DNA of 64,000 nt, from contig CAZPYA010000001.1 in assembly GCA_964590255.1 (NCBI GenBank), positions 18,660 through 82,659 on the forward strand, written 5' to 3'. Origin of the DNA: an uncultured bacterium (GTDB lineage Bacteria; Armatimonadota; Hebobacteria; CAIYQO01). Below the pieces are notes generated by a model. It saw only the letters and a list, made by a program, of their open reading frames with translations, did not search any database and had not been told where the DNA came from. The translations under genes and the position numbers were made by a program. Positions within the stretch are counted from its first letter, which is position 1. Each line of letters starts with the position of its first letter. Positions 9,433 to 18,647 of the stretch are shown here, in pieces.

Positions 9433-9611
9433 GGGAAAGCCTCCGCAAGGATGGGTGTGCCTACAGTATACCGCAAAGTGGGGAAAAGATGCTGGGAGTA
9501 TGGTTATCCGCAACATGATGCGGAAAAATGACTGACGAATTGCATCAAGCTGAACCAACAATTCCATCCTACCCTGACCGGCACCATCTGATCAAGCGAG
9601 AATTTGTGATG

Positions 9612-11003
9612 TTAATGGGCGGTTGATAACGTCGGAGTACCGGGAGCGACACTCCATGCCTGTGATGTAACAGTCATAAAAGAGCCCGCCGGTTTTGTAT
9701 AGATGACTGTCTGTGACGAACCATCGGATTTCATGATTATGATGGAGGAACCACGCACACAAAGCAACTTGGTGTCATCCGGACTCCAGCAGACCTTGGT
9801 TATTCCCTGGCCGTTTGCCACTTGCGCCAGTCCTGTTCCATCAGCATTGATGAAGAATAAACCGGCATATGTGCCGACTTTTCCGACAACAGCGAGTCGC
9901 GTGCCGTCCTTACTCCAGGTGGGATACCACAGGTAATCGGTAGGGGTGAGATTCGTCAAGGGGATATCGGCTCCTGACGACAAATCAATACGATGCAAGT
10001 TAATTGTCAGGTATGCCTGATCCTCTTCATGTCGTCCATAAATCAGATATCGACCATCCGGACTGAAAGTCGGATAATCTTCACGCTTCCAATGGCTCGT
10101 ACGCTGAATACGATTCGACCCATCTGCATTGGCCGTATATACCTCCCCGGTATCGTTGTCATTTGAGTAAAATGCGATTTGCTTATCGTCCAGGCTCCAG
10201 TTCGTATTGCATATCCAGTAAGGTTGGATCACTTTCCACAGTTCTCGTTTATTCGTGCCGTCGCTGCTCATCATCATGAGGCGATATCGATAGACCAGAT
10301 CGCCATAATCCCCTTCGGAATAGAGGACACTTTTACCGTCATGACTAAGTGATGCATATTCCGTGTAGCCTGTATTGCTGAATGGCAAGAGCGTTTTCCG
10401 TGATGAGCCGTCGGCATTCAATAGTTGAATGGATGTGGCATTGCTGCTGTCACGCAGAGAGATGACAATCATGCCGTTAAGGCTGATTTCATCGCTTATC
10501 CCACCATGTCCATCCGCGGCAATGATGACCACATGCTTGTTATGCCGGAAGTCCAGGTCGTCGATCCCAACGATGGCGTAATTGCCGACTGTCTTCATAC
10601 GCAGCAGATCACCGGTTTCAATCGTTGACGCCGGATCCTTGATATCGCCACGGGCCATATCAAACAATTTGGCGTTGAATCCGTATTCCGGCGCGGTGTT
10701 GGTGCCCGTGCCGGTGAGGGACGGGCAATCGTAAATCTGTTTCTCGTTGTAGGCCACCAGCGCCTTCGACCAGGCCTGAGTGGCGGGGTCTGGGAAGAAC
10801 TTGTCGTCGTAGTCATCGGTATACATCTGCATCGCGATGGCAATCTGGCGCTGGTTGGCGAGGCAGGTGGCCTGGCGCGCCTTCTCGCGCGCTTTGGCGA
10901 AGATCGGGACGAGGATGGCCGCGAGCACCGCCAAGATGGCGATGACCACCAGTAGCTCGATGAGCGTGAACGCATATCGATGCGTGCGTAGCCGTGCGGG
11001 CAT
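9612..11003 (-). CDS. prepilin-type N-terminal cleavage/methylation (DUF1559-like) protein fused to a TolB-like (PD40) beta-propeller
   Basis: N-terminus MPARLRTHRYAFTLIELLVVIAILAVLAAILVPIFAKAREKARQATCLANQRQIAIAMQMYTDDYDDKFFP is the classic type IV pilin-like / DUF1559 signature. The C-terminal about 300 aa has repeated propeller-like blades (YSEGDYG, SPDGRYLIY, WSKDGTRLAV, WSPDDTKLL). The gene is about 50% GC, below the window background. Confidence 0.75.
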   Translation of the reverse strand: MPARLRTHRYAFTLIELLVVIAILAVLAAILVPIFAKAREKARQATCLANQRQIAIAMQMYTDDYDDKFFPDPATQAWSKALVAYNEKQIYDCPSLTGTGTNTAPEYGFNAKLFDMARGDIKDPASTIETGDLLRMKTVGNYAIVGIDDLDFRHNKHVVIIAADGHGGISDEISLNGMIVISLRDSSNATSIQLLNADGSSRKTLLPFSNTGYTEYASLSHDGKSVLYSEGDYGDLVYRYRLMMMSSDGTNKRELWKVIQPYWICNTNWSLDDKQIAFYSNDNDTGEVYTANADGSNRIQRTSHWKREDYPTFSPDGRYLIYGRHEEDQAYLTINLHRIDLSSGADIPLTNLTPTDYLWYPTWSKDGTRLAVVGKVGTYAGLFFINADGTGLAQVANGQGITKVCWSPDDTKLLCVRGSSIIIMKSDGSSQTVIYTKPAGSFMTVTSQAWSVAPGTPTLSTAH

Positions 11004-11193
11004 CTGGAATCCTCCCGCTGCTGTTGACAGGACTGGTATCGAAATAAAGATAACTATACCAATTATACACCCTCTCTATCGATTAGCAAGCTGAATGTAT
11101 AAAAAAGTTCTATCTATTGGACTCTCGGCCTGGTTAGCGTGGAATATCTCTACGCATGTGCGAGCAGAACAGGGATAATGGACTCTCTGCCGA

Positions 11194-13989
11194 ATGAAGA
11201 CAACGGGTTTGACGATGGGAGTATGCTACGTGAGCACTTGGGCCACATCCGGCACGTATACGCTGTTCTTTACCGATATTGAGGGGAGCACTCGGCGATG
11301 GGGCGAAAATCCGGCAGCGATGCGCGTATTGCTGGAGCAGCATGACCGCATCCTGCGGGAGACGATCGCCACACATCACGGGCATGTCTTTAAAACGATC
11401 GGCGATGCGTTCTGTGCGGCCTTCGTCTCCGCGCAAGATGCCTTGCTGGCTGCCGTCGATGCCCAACTCGCTTTTACCGGTCTTACGGTATCCGCGGAGA
11501 TACCGATTCGCGTGCGCATCGCATTGCACACCGGTGAAGTGGAAGCGCGTGACGACGATTTCTTTGGCCCGCCGGTCAATCGTGTCGCCCGTCTGCTGGC
11601 TATTACGCATGGTGGGCAAATCCTCGTGACGCAGGCCACCTATGCGCTGGTGCGTGATCACGCCCCGGCACAGGTGACATTCTACGATCTTGGGTTGCAT
11701 CGCCTGCGTGATATCGCACGTCCGGAACAGATTCATCAAGTCAATCCACCGGGATTATCCGGTTCATTTCCCCCGCTGCGCACCGACACCTTTACGCCCG
11801 GTAATATCCAATCGCAAGTTACCACATTTGTTGGACGCGAGCACGAATTGCGCGAAATTACCGATTTACTCGGCCAAACCCGCCTTCTTACGCTCATCGG
11901 CATCGGGGGTACCGGGAAAACGCGCCTGGCCGTGCAACTGGCTGAGCTCCTTGCTAGCGATTATGCTGATGGCGCCTGGTTTATTGATCTCGCGCCGATT
12001 ACCGAAGGCGCGCTGGTCGCCCAAACGCTGGCAATCACGCTGGGGATCAGTCTGGAAGGGCATCGGCAAGCTCTGCCGGAAATCGTGGCGTTCATCCGCA
12101 GCAAGCGCTTGCTGCTCGTGCTGGATAATTGCGAGCATCTGGTGGATGCCTGCGCCGAGCTCACCAGCACGCTGCTGAACGCGGGGGCGGGCGTAACTAT
12201 TCTCGCGACCAGCCGCGAGACGCTCCGCGTGCCCGGCGAGACGATTTATCGTCTTCTACCGTTGACCTGTCCGATACCCGATGACGCCACGCCATCACCA
12301 GATGCGCTGATGCAGTATGAAGCCGTACGGCTATTTCTCGACCGCGCGATTGCCGTACAACCGGGCTTCATCATTACCGCAAACAATGCTGCCATCGTCA
12401 GTCAACTCTGTATCAACCTTGACGGATTGCCGTTGGCGATTGAATTGGCGACCGCGAGACTGCGGGTAATGACGGTTGAGCAGATCGTCGCACGGTTGGG
12501 TGATCGCTTCCGACTACTGGCTGGCGGTGCTCGCTCTGTGCTGCCACGGCAGCAGACACTACGCGCGCTGATCGACTGGAGTTATGATCTACTGGACGTG
12601 TCCGAACAGGCATTGCTGCGACGGTTAACGGTTTTCGCCGGCGGGTGGACGCTGGAAGCCGCCGAGGATGTATGCGCGGATGATATAGTCGAAAGTTGGG
12701 AGATTCTCGACTTGCTCACCGGCCTGGTCGATAAATCGCTGGTGTTGTCTGACCCCACCGACGCGGGGATGCGCTTCCGCATGCTGGAAGTGGTGCGCCA
12801 ATATTGCAACGAGAAATTGCGCGACGCCGGTGAAACGGACACCTTCCAGACACGGCACGCCGGTCATTTCCTGGCGCAAGTGGCACGCGAGAAACGTGAG
12901 ATTGCTGGTGCGGCCTCTTCGGATATTTGGGCGCACTGGGCGGCATACAACGTCGCGGAGATGGATAATTTCCGCACCGCGCTACGCCACGACTCCGTCG
13001 GGCTGGACGGTTTTCCGCTGGCGCTGACATTCTTCCGCCGTCTCCCGCAGGAATGCCATTCCTGGCTTGATGTGTTGCTGACTCGCAATATTGATGCACA
13101 AACGATGGAGCGCGCGGAAGCACTGCTCTGGGCGGCGCACGTGTGTCGGACCCATGCGGAAGCACGGCCGTATGTCGAGGAAAGCCTGGTTATCTTTCGG
13201 CAGTTACGGCACACGGCCAGCATCTGCGAGTGTCTGCGTACGCTGTCACGCCACGCCGTCGCACGCGGCGATCTGGTGGAAGCGGAACGATTGAGCGCGG
13301 AATGCCGACGCGAGGCGGGGGATGGTGCGGATTACGATGCTGCGGTACATGCCTGTATCGCCGCAGCGGTGATCGAATTGGCACTCGGCCATGTCGACGC
13401 AGCGCGACCATGTTTGGAGCAGGCGCTCGCGATCCGGCGCAAAATGCAACTGCCCCAGGAAGTGGCCTTTATTCTATTCCATCTCGGCACGGCTGAATAC
13501 TTGACCGGGCATTTTGACCGCGCGCGCGAACTCGCCATGGAAAGCAATCAGTTGTTCCAGGAAACCGGCAATCCATCCTACACACCGCCATTGCGTCTGC
13601 TTGGCGATATCGCACGGGCGCAGGGCTGTTATCATGAAGCGCTAACATATTACCGGGCCAGCATTCTCGACCACTGGCGGCAAGTGGATTCACACACGTC
13701 CATACTACTGTTAGAACGATTCGGTTATACTGATGCCGCGATGGGTTCTCTCGACCGCGCGGTGCGCTGGCTGGCCGCGGCCGACCATCTGCGCCAACGG
13801 GATGGGTATCCACGCATGCCGGTCGAAGTGCGCGAGTGGGAACGAGAGATCACTGTTCTACGTAAGACACTTCACGACACGATTTTCCAGGCCGCCTGGG
13901 ATGCTTGCCACACGGACTACCATACCGATCTCCTAGGAACGGTCTTAACAGAGACGCAAACAGCTGGCACGGAAATGGACTGCGCCTGA
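11194..13989 (+). CDS. class III adenylate/guanylate cyclase domain fused to an NB-ARC/AAA+ (STAND) NTPase and TPR repeats
   Basis: N-terminus LFFTDIEGSTRRW...FKTIGDAFCAAF...ALHTGEVEA is the nucleotidyl-cyclase catalytic domain. It is followed by a Walker A motif (GIGGTGKTRLA) and helical TPR-like repeats at the C-terminus. About 57% GC. The start may be the internal ATG at 11215. Confidence 0.75.
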   Translation: MKTTGLTMGVCYVSTWATSGTYTLFFTDIEGSTRRWGENPAAMRVLLEQHDRILRETIATHHGHVFKTIGDAFCAAFVSAQDALLAAVDAQLAFTGLTVSAEIPIRVRIALHTGEVEARDDDFFGPPVNRVARLLAITHGGQILVTQATYALVRDHAPAQVTFYDLGLHRLRDIARPEQIHQVNPPGLSGSFPPLRTDTFTPGNIQSQVTTFVGREHELREITDLLGQTRLLTLIGIGGTGKTRLAVQLAELLASDYADGAWFIDLAPITEGALVAQTLAITLGISLEGHRQALPEIVAFIRSKRLLLVLDNCEHLVDACAELTSTLLNAGAGVTILATSRETLRVPGETIYRLLPLTCPIPDDATPSPDALMQYEAVRLFLDRAIAVQPGFIITANNAAIVSQLCINLDGLPLAIELATARLRVMTVEQIVARLGDRFRLLAGGARSVLPRQQTLRALIDWSYDLLDVSEQALLRRLTVFAGGWTLEAAEDVCADDIVESWEILDLLTGLVDKSLVLSDPTDAGMRFRMLEVVRQYCNEKLRDAGETDTFQTRHAGHFLAQVAREKREIAGAASSDIWAHWAAYNVAEMDNFRTALRHDSVGLDGFPLALTFFRRLPQECHSWLDVLLTRNIDAQTMERAEALLWAAHVCRTHAEARPYVEESLVIFRQLRHTASICECLRTLSRHAVARGDLVEAERLSAECRREAGDGADYDAAVHACIAAAVIELALGHVDAARPCLEQALAIRRKMQLPQEVAFILFHLGTAEYLTGHFDRARELAMESNQLFQETGNPSYTPPLRLLGDIARAQGCYHEALTYYRASILDHWRQVDSHTSILLLERFGYTDAAMGSLDRAVRWLAAADHLRQRDGYPRMPVEVREWEREITVLRKTLHDTIFQAAWDACHTDYHTDLLGTVLTETQTAGTEMDCA

Positions 13990-14009
13990 CAGACAGTGAG
14001 AGCCGCACC

Positions 14010-14165
14010 CGGCGTGCATCTCACTACCGTGGGCGCGGCTCTCGCCATGCTTCCAGACTTGCTGCTCTACTTACTCCCCGGTGCTATCTACTTTGTCTTG
14101 GGCGCGGCTCGCGCGGCTCCGATTACATGCGGGGTTTTCAACTTCCAGACTCGCTGCTGTCTGAA
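14010..14165. repeat. family D repeat (two tandem degenerate copies) at a convergent gene junction
   Basis: gggcgcggctc(t)cgc...cttccagact(t/c)gctgct occurs twice here and shares the cttccagactcgctgct core with 7398-7420. Confidence 0.6.
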
Positions 14166-14169
14166 TAGC

Positions 14170-14925
14170 CTATTTTCCCATGGCTTTGAGGCCTTGCAGG
14201 CATTTGTCCACGGCGTCCAGCGGGGCGTAGGCGTCGCTTTCATACTCGACGACGTACCAGTCGGTGGCGCCGAGGGTTTCGCAGGCGTGGAAGATGCCGG
14301 CCCAATCGGACGCGTCCTCGCCGATGGGGGCTTTAAAGGGGTCGGCGGCGCCGGGGGTGTAGGGTTTTAGGTGCACGCTGCCGGCGCGTCCGGGATATTT
14401 GTGCAGCAGGGCCACCGGGTCGGCGCCGCCGTGCATGGCATTGCCGGTGTCAAGCTGGGTGATGACGCGGCGGTCGGTGTGGCTGAAGAAGGTGTCCCAC
14501 GGCTCCTCGCCGTCCAGCGGCTGGAATTCGGTGGTGTGGTTGTGGTAGCCGGTCAGCAGGTCGTGCGCGCCCAGCGTGTCGGCGAGGGCGTTGAAGAAGC
14601 CGGCCATCGCCGCCCAGTTCGCGCGGGTGTCCATCTTGTGTGGGAAGCCGGGGATGATGACGCGGCGGTTGCCCACCGCTTTGTTCAGCGTGATGGTCGC
14701 CGCCAGCGTGTCGTCCTGCACCATGTTGAACCCGGTGTGCCAGCCGCAGCAGACCAGCCCGACCTCGTCGAGCATCGCGCGCAGCAGCGCCCCGCCCACC
14801 GGCGGCGCTCCGGCGAACTCGACGCCTTCATAGCCCATCGCCGCCACCGCTTTCAGTGTGCCGAGGGGATCGCGGGCGAAATCTTGCCGCACGGAATACA
14901 TCTCTAATCCGATGGGGATGCGCAT
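14170..14925 (-). CDS. sugar phosphate isomerase/epimerase (xylose-isomerase-like TIM barrel)
   Basis: ATG at rc 14923-14925 with a GGAGGT RBS. The 251-aa protein reads MRIPIGLEMYSVRQD...GYEGVEF...GYHNHTTEF...VHLKPY, typical of AP-endonuclease-2 / TIM-barrel sugar isomerases. The arginine-rich 84-aa track ORF N-extension is rejected. Confidence 0.7.
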   Translation of the reverse strand: MRIPIGLEMYSVRQDFARDPLGTLKAVAAMGYEGVEFAGAPPVGGALLRAMLDEVGLVCCGWHTGFNMVQDDTLAATITLNKAVGNRRVIIPGFPHKMDTRANWAAMAGFFNALADTLGAHDLLTGYHNHTTEFQPLDGEEPWDTFFSHTDRRVITQLDTGNAMHGGADPVALLHKYPGRAGSVHLKPYTPGAADPFKAPIGEDASDWAGIFHACETLGATDWYVVEYESDAYAPLDAVDKCLQGLKAMGK

Positions 14926-14999
14926 GGGGAATACCTCCACGAAAATGCTGGGGCTATTGTAGCCGGTGCGGGGGCGCGAGGCAAGCGCCGGCACATGGG

Positions 15000-15995
15000 T
15001 TAGATGCCGCGGGCGAGGCGGATGGCGTCCCATTGCAGCGCGTCGGCGATGCCGTCCTGGGTGGAGCGTTGAGCCTGCCAGCCAATGAGGCGGCGGGCGG
15101 TGTCGGCGCTGGCGTAGGCGCCGGCGACGTCGCCGGGACGCGCGGGGGATTCGACGGTGGGCAGCGCCGTGCCCCACACCTGCGCGAAGGCGGCCACCAG
15201 TTCCTTCACCGTCACGCCGGTGCCGGTGCCCAGGTTGATGGCCCGGTAACGCTCGCCATCGGCGAAGGCGTCGTCAAACTGCTCCATGGCCCGCACGTGC
15301 GCCTGCGCCAGGTCCCACACGTGGATGTAATCGCGGATGCCGGAGCCGTCGCGGGTGGGCCAGTCGACGCCGGTAATGTGGAACTGCGGCTCGCGCCCCT
15401 GCGCCACCGCGACCAGCTTGCCCAGCACGTGCGACGGGTTGGCGATGTAGGCGCCCGAGCGCATTTTGGGGTCGGCGCCGATGGGGTTGAAGTAGCGCAG
15501 CGCGATGCCCCGCAGGTCGTAAGCGGCGCAGAAATCTTGCAGGATCATCTCCATCATGTATTTCGTGCGGGCATACGGGCTGCGCGGGCGTAGCGGGGCG
15601 TCCTCGGTGACCATGAAACTCGGCACGTCGTCGTAGATGGAGGCGGAGGAGCTGAAGACCACCCGCCGGCAGCCCAGCCGGCGCAGCGACCCGAAGAGGC
15701 GCAGCGATTTCGCCACGTTTTCGGTGTAGTACTGCTCGGGGTTCGCCACCGAGTCGGGCACCACGATGAGCGCGGCGCAGTGGATAGTGCAGATGATCTC
15801 CGGGTGGTCGGCGAAGACGCGGCCAAGCAGCGCGTCGCCGGCGATGTCGCCGTGGTAAAACGCCCGCCCCTCGGTGAACTGCACCCGCCCGTTCACCAGC
15901 GAGTCGAGGACCACCGGCACGTGGCCGCTGTCTTCCAGCGCGGAACAGATGGTGCTGCCGATATAGCCGGCGCCGCCGGTGACGAGGATTTTCAT
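15000..15995 (-). CDS. galE: UDP-glucose 4-epimerase
   Basis: MKILVTGGAGYIGS Rossmann motif, SSSASIYD and catalytic YARTK. 331 aa from the ATG at rc 15993-15995. Confidence 0.85.
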   Translation of the reverse strand: MKILVTGGAGYIGSTICSALEDSGHVPVVLDSLVNGRVQFTEGRAFYHGDIAGDALLGRVFADHPEIICTIHCAALIVVPDSVANPEQYYTENVAKSLRLFGSLRRLGCRRVVFSSSASIYDDVPSFMVTEDAPLRPRSPYARTKYMMEMILQDFCAAYDLRGIALRYFNPIGADPKMRSGAYIANPSHVLGKLVAVAQGREPQFHITGVDWPTRDGSGIRDYIHVWDLAQAHVRAMEQFDDAFADGERYRAINLGTGTGVTVKELVAAFAQVWGTALPTVESPARPGDVAGAYASADTARRLIGWQAQRSTQDGIADALQWDAIRLARGI

Positions 15996-16118
15996 GGTGA
16001 TTCTCCCTGCGGGTATGCCCAACGCCCGGCCGTAAACGGCCGGGCTACCAAACGACGCCCCCTGGAAGGGGGTTTGATGCCGTGAATGCCGCGATTACCT
16101 TCTGGCCACGTCCCTATT

Positions 16119-16583
16119 TTACTCGTCCCGGCCGGCTTTGGCGAGGATGTCGCGGTCGGCCCGGCCATATTGGTAGCCGACGATGGCGCCGGCGAGAAGG
16201 CCGACGAGCTGCAGAAGCATGATGCGGTCGGAAAGGCCGTCAAAGGCGGCATACACGATCCACAATGGGCTGAAAAACTCGATGGCGATGAGCGCCCAGG
16301 CGATGACAAAGCCGGTGAAAAGCTGCCCGAGCCAGGTGCCCTTCCACCCGCGCAGTTCGAGGATTATCGGAAACAGCACGGCAGCCGGCGCCGCGACGAC
16401 CGCCATTTGCACGATCCCGCCGCACGCCAGATCCCAGCACCAGCCGATCTCCGGGTCGCCAAATGAGAAGCGGGCATTCGTCAACCAGTCGAGGAGCGCA
16501 TACAGCAGCACGGGCAGCAGCGCCGACACCAGAAAGATGAGCATTCCGCGTTTGAGCGGGTTCAACACGGGCATGCGCGTCAT
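16119..16583 (-). CDS. small hypothetical membrane protein
   Basis: Hydrophobic 154-aa ORF starting MTRMPVLNPLKRGMLIFLVSALL. Its start overlaps the stop of the upstream membrane ORF (ATGA at 16580-16583), suggesting translational coupling. Confidence 0.45.
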   Translation of the reverse strand: MTRMPVLNPLKRGMLIFLVSALLPVLLYALLDWLTNARFSFGDPEIGWCWDLACGGIVQMAVVAAPAAVLFPIILELRGWKGTWLGQLFTGFVIAWALIAIEFFSPLWIVYAAFDGLSDRIMLLQLVGLLAGAIVGYQYGRADRDILAKAGRDE

Positions 16584-17035
16584 TCGCCGCCTCCTTCCTC
16601 CGGCTTCTCCGGGTCCCACCGCCGCATCCCGTAGCGCGCCAGCACGCCGGTGAAAAGGCCAAGGGCTTGCGAGGGGAGGAAGTGATATTGGGTAAATTCC
16701 ATTGTTTCGCCGTTTGTTACCGGCCATACTGCACCTTCAAAGAACAATAAAAAACAGCTAAAAACGGACCCGACGAATAGGAAGACTACGAAGGGGAGGC
16801 GCGGGATGGGTTCGTGGGCGGCCATGACCGCGGAGAAGACGATGGCAGCCGGCAGCGCGAAGAGAATAAAGCCGACCAGGATTACAATGGGATGATCATG
16901 CATATACACCGGTGCCTGGTGTATTATCGCTTCCACGATACCGAGCAGCAGATACCACACCCATGGCGTGACCACCGTCACGAGGGTGAGGACGAGGAAG
17001 CGCCGCAGGTAGGCGGTGCGTTCCGTTTGCGGCAT
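16580..17035 (-). CDS. small hypothetical membrane protein
   Basis: 151 aa, about 4 TM segments, same strand as and overlapping the next ORF. Confidence 0.5.
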   Translation of the reverse strand: MPQTERTAYLRRFLVLTLVTVVTPWVWYLLLGIVEAIIHQAPVYMHDHPIVILVGFILFALPAAIVFSAVMAAHEPIPRLPFVVFLFVGSVFSCFLLFFEGAVWPVTNGETMEFTQYHFLPSQALGLFTGVLARYGMRRWDPEKPEEGGGE

Positions 17036-17071
17036 GCGTGGTGTCCTCCGTGTTGCGTTGCTATGGGGCGC

Positions 17072-17282
17072 GGCGCGCTCCCGCGCGCCCCCTCACCCCC
17101 GGCCCCTCTCCCCGAGGAGAGGGGAGGGATGGTATGTTGTTGCGCTCCCATGGGTTTTGCGGATTACAAATCCGCGCTCCCCAAGACGGGCGGATTACAA
17201 ATCCGCGCTCCCCAAGACGGGCGGATTGCAAATCCGCGCTCCCCAAGACGGGCGGATTACAAATCCGCGCTCCAAGGATTAA
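17072..17282 (+). repeat. composite REP/BIME-like element: GC-rich hairpin (cccctctcc-ccga-ggagagggg at 17103-17124) followed by four tandem 31-bp units each containing the hairpin GCGGATT-aca-AATCCGC
   Basis: Unit cgggcggattacaaatccgcgctccccaaga repeated 3.7 times at 17148-17282 with no unique spacers. The same head sequence gcgctcccgcgcgcc(c)ctcacccc recurs at 49786. Single hairpin units recur at 26051, 30678 and 49936. Confidence 0.8.
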
Positions 17283-18214
17283 TAATCCCGCATTTCTTTC
17301 CAGATGTCCAATATCAGTAGGTAGCGTTCCAGCGGAAGGCCTTTGAAGGGGACGTTGCTGGTGCAGTAGAGGTAACCGCCGCCGGGTTTGGCGTGGGTGA
17401 GGCAGTAGCGGGCGCTGGCGATGACTTCCTCGTCGGTGCCGGTTTGCATGAGGGCGCAGTTGACGTTGCCGCAGAGGGCCACGTGGTCGCCGATGCGGCG
17501 TTTCACCTCGGCGATGTCGACGCCGGCCATGGGGTCGATGGAGTGCAGGGCGTGGGGGGCGCTGGCGGCAAGCTGGTCGAGGATGGGCATGATGTTGCCG
17601 TCGGTGTGCTTGATGCTGTAGGCGCCCAGCGCGCGCTGGCCGGCATGCAATTGCGTGAGGTAGGGGGTGACGAACTCGGCGAACATGGCCGGCGAGAGAA
17701 ACGGCCCGTGGTTGAAGCAGTAGTCGGCGCAGTTGATGAAGACGTCGACGCCGGCATCGACGAGTATTGTGCAATGCTCCAGCGTGCTCGCCAGGTTGCG
17801 GCGCTGCTCGGCGTGTACCGCGTCCGGCTCTTCCGCCAGCCGGATGGACACCTCTACCATCTGCTCGCCGTTGGGGATGCCCATGGTGCTGTCGCCGTGG
17901 GCGCAGATCATGCGGTCGTCGCCGAAGCGCTCGCGCAGCAGTTGCGTCTGCCGTACCTGGTATTCCTGCTTCCACAGCCCCTGCAGCGGCACGATGTCGT
18001 ATTCCAGCCGCTCGGCCACCTGCAGAAACAGGTCGGCGTTCTCCTGCAGCAGCCGCTCGCGCGCGTCCGCCGATGGCGCGGCGTCCAGCACGCCCTGCGT
18101 CAGGTAGTCTTTCCCGCACAACTCCCGCGTGAGCTGGAATTCCAGCTCGAAGGTGGGCACGCGGTCGGGGATGCGGCATTCCAGGGCGGCGATGGCGCGT
18201 TGTTTGGGGGTCAT
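17279..18214 (-). CDS. uroporphyrinogen decarboxylase (URO-D) family protein (MtaA/CmuA-like methyltransferase fold), paralog 1
   Basis: 311 aa from the ATG at rc 18212-18214, with a GGAGGT RBS. URO-D family-like motifs were seen by eye. A second paralog lies at 26156-27253. Confidence 0.65.
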   Translation of the reverse strand: MTPKQRAIAALECRIPDRVPTFELEFQLTRELCGKDYLTQGVLDAAPSADARERLLQENADLFLQVAERLEYDIVPLQGLWKQEYQVRQTQLLRERFGDDRMICAHGDSTMGIPNGEQMVEVSIRLAEEPDAVHAEQRRNLASTLEHCTILVDAGVDVFINCADYCFNHGPFLSPAMFAEFVTPYLTQLHAGQRALGAYSIKHTDGNIMPILDQLAASAPHALHSIDPMAGVDIAEVKRRIGDHVALCGNVNCALMQTGTDEEVIASARYCLTHAKPGGGYLYCTSNVPFKGLPLERYLLILDIWKEMRDY

Positions 18215-18340
18215 GGGCACCTCCGGTGCGTTACAGGATGCAGGGTACAGGTTATTTTTCAGAACGATAGTCTCATTCGATGCAGCGAATGAGATTTCCT
18301 CGTTATTGTGGTAGATGGATGGCCTGGAGGGCGAGACTCT

Positions 18341-18488
18341 CAATACCGTTCAAATACGGGCTCTCGACCGCCACGCGCAACCTCTCCCCCAGACCCCTCC
18401 CCTACGTGGGGAGGGGGGAGTGATGAGGAAAAAAGGCGGCATAGGAGGCTGGTTCGCCACACGCAGCAGGCTTATTTGAATGGTATTG
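18341..18488 (+). mobile_element. MITE-like element, family 1, copy 2, flanked by 11-bp direct repeat GGCGAGACTCT
   Basis: TIRs caataccgttcaaatacg / cttatttgaatggtattg. The flanks are ggcgagactct|element|ggcgagactct. The internal sequence is colinear with 5762-5910. Confidence 0.8.
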
Positions 18489-18647
18489 GGCGAGACTCTG
18501 TCGAGCCTTACAGCGCCGTTGCCGGATTGCGAAATCGGCCCCCCTTGCCTTCCGCTGCGCTGCATGCTCAGGGGGAGGGCGATACCATGGCGTTCACCCT
18601 CGCCTCGGGGAGAGGGCTGGGGACATACGCGCTGCATTTATGCCTAA

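Noticed and set aside
17148-17282. Tandem 31-bp direct repeats that look superficially like a CRISPR array
   Set aside because: Units abut with no unique spacers, there are only about 4 units, the same hairpin unit is dispersed singly elsewhere, and no cas genes are nearby. This is a REP/BIME-type array.
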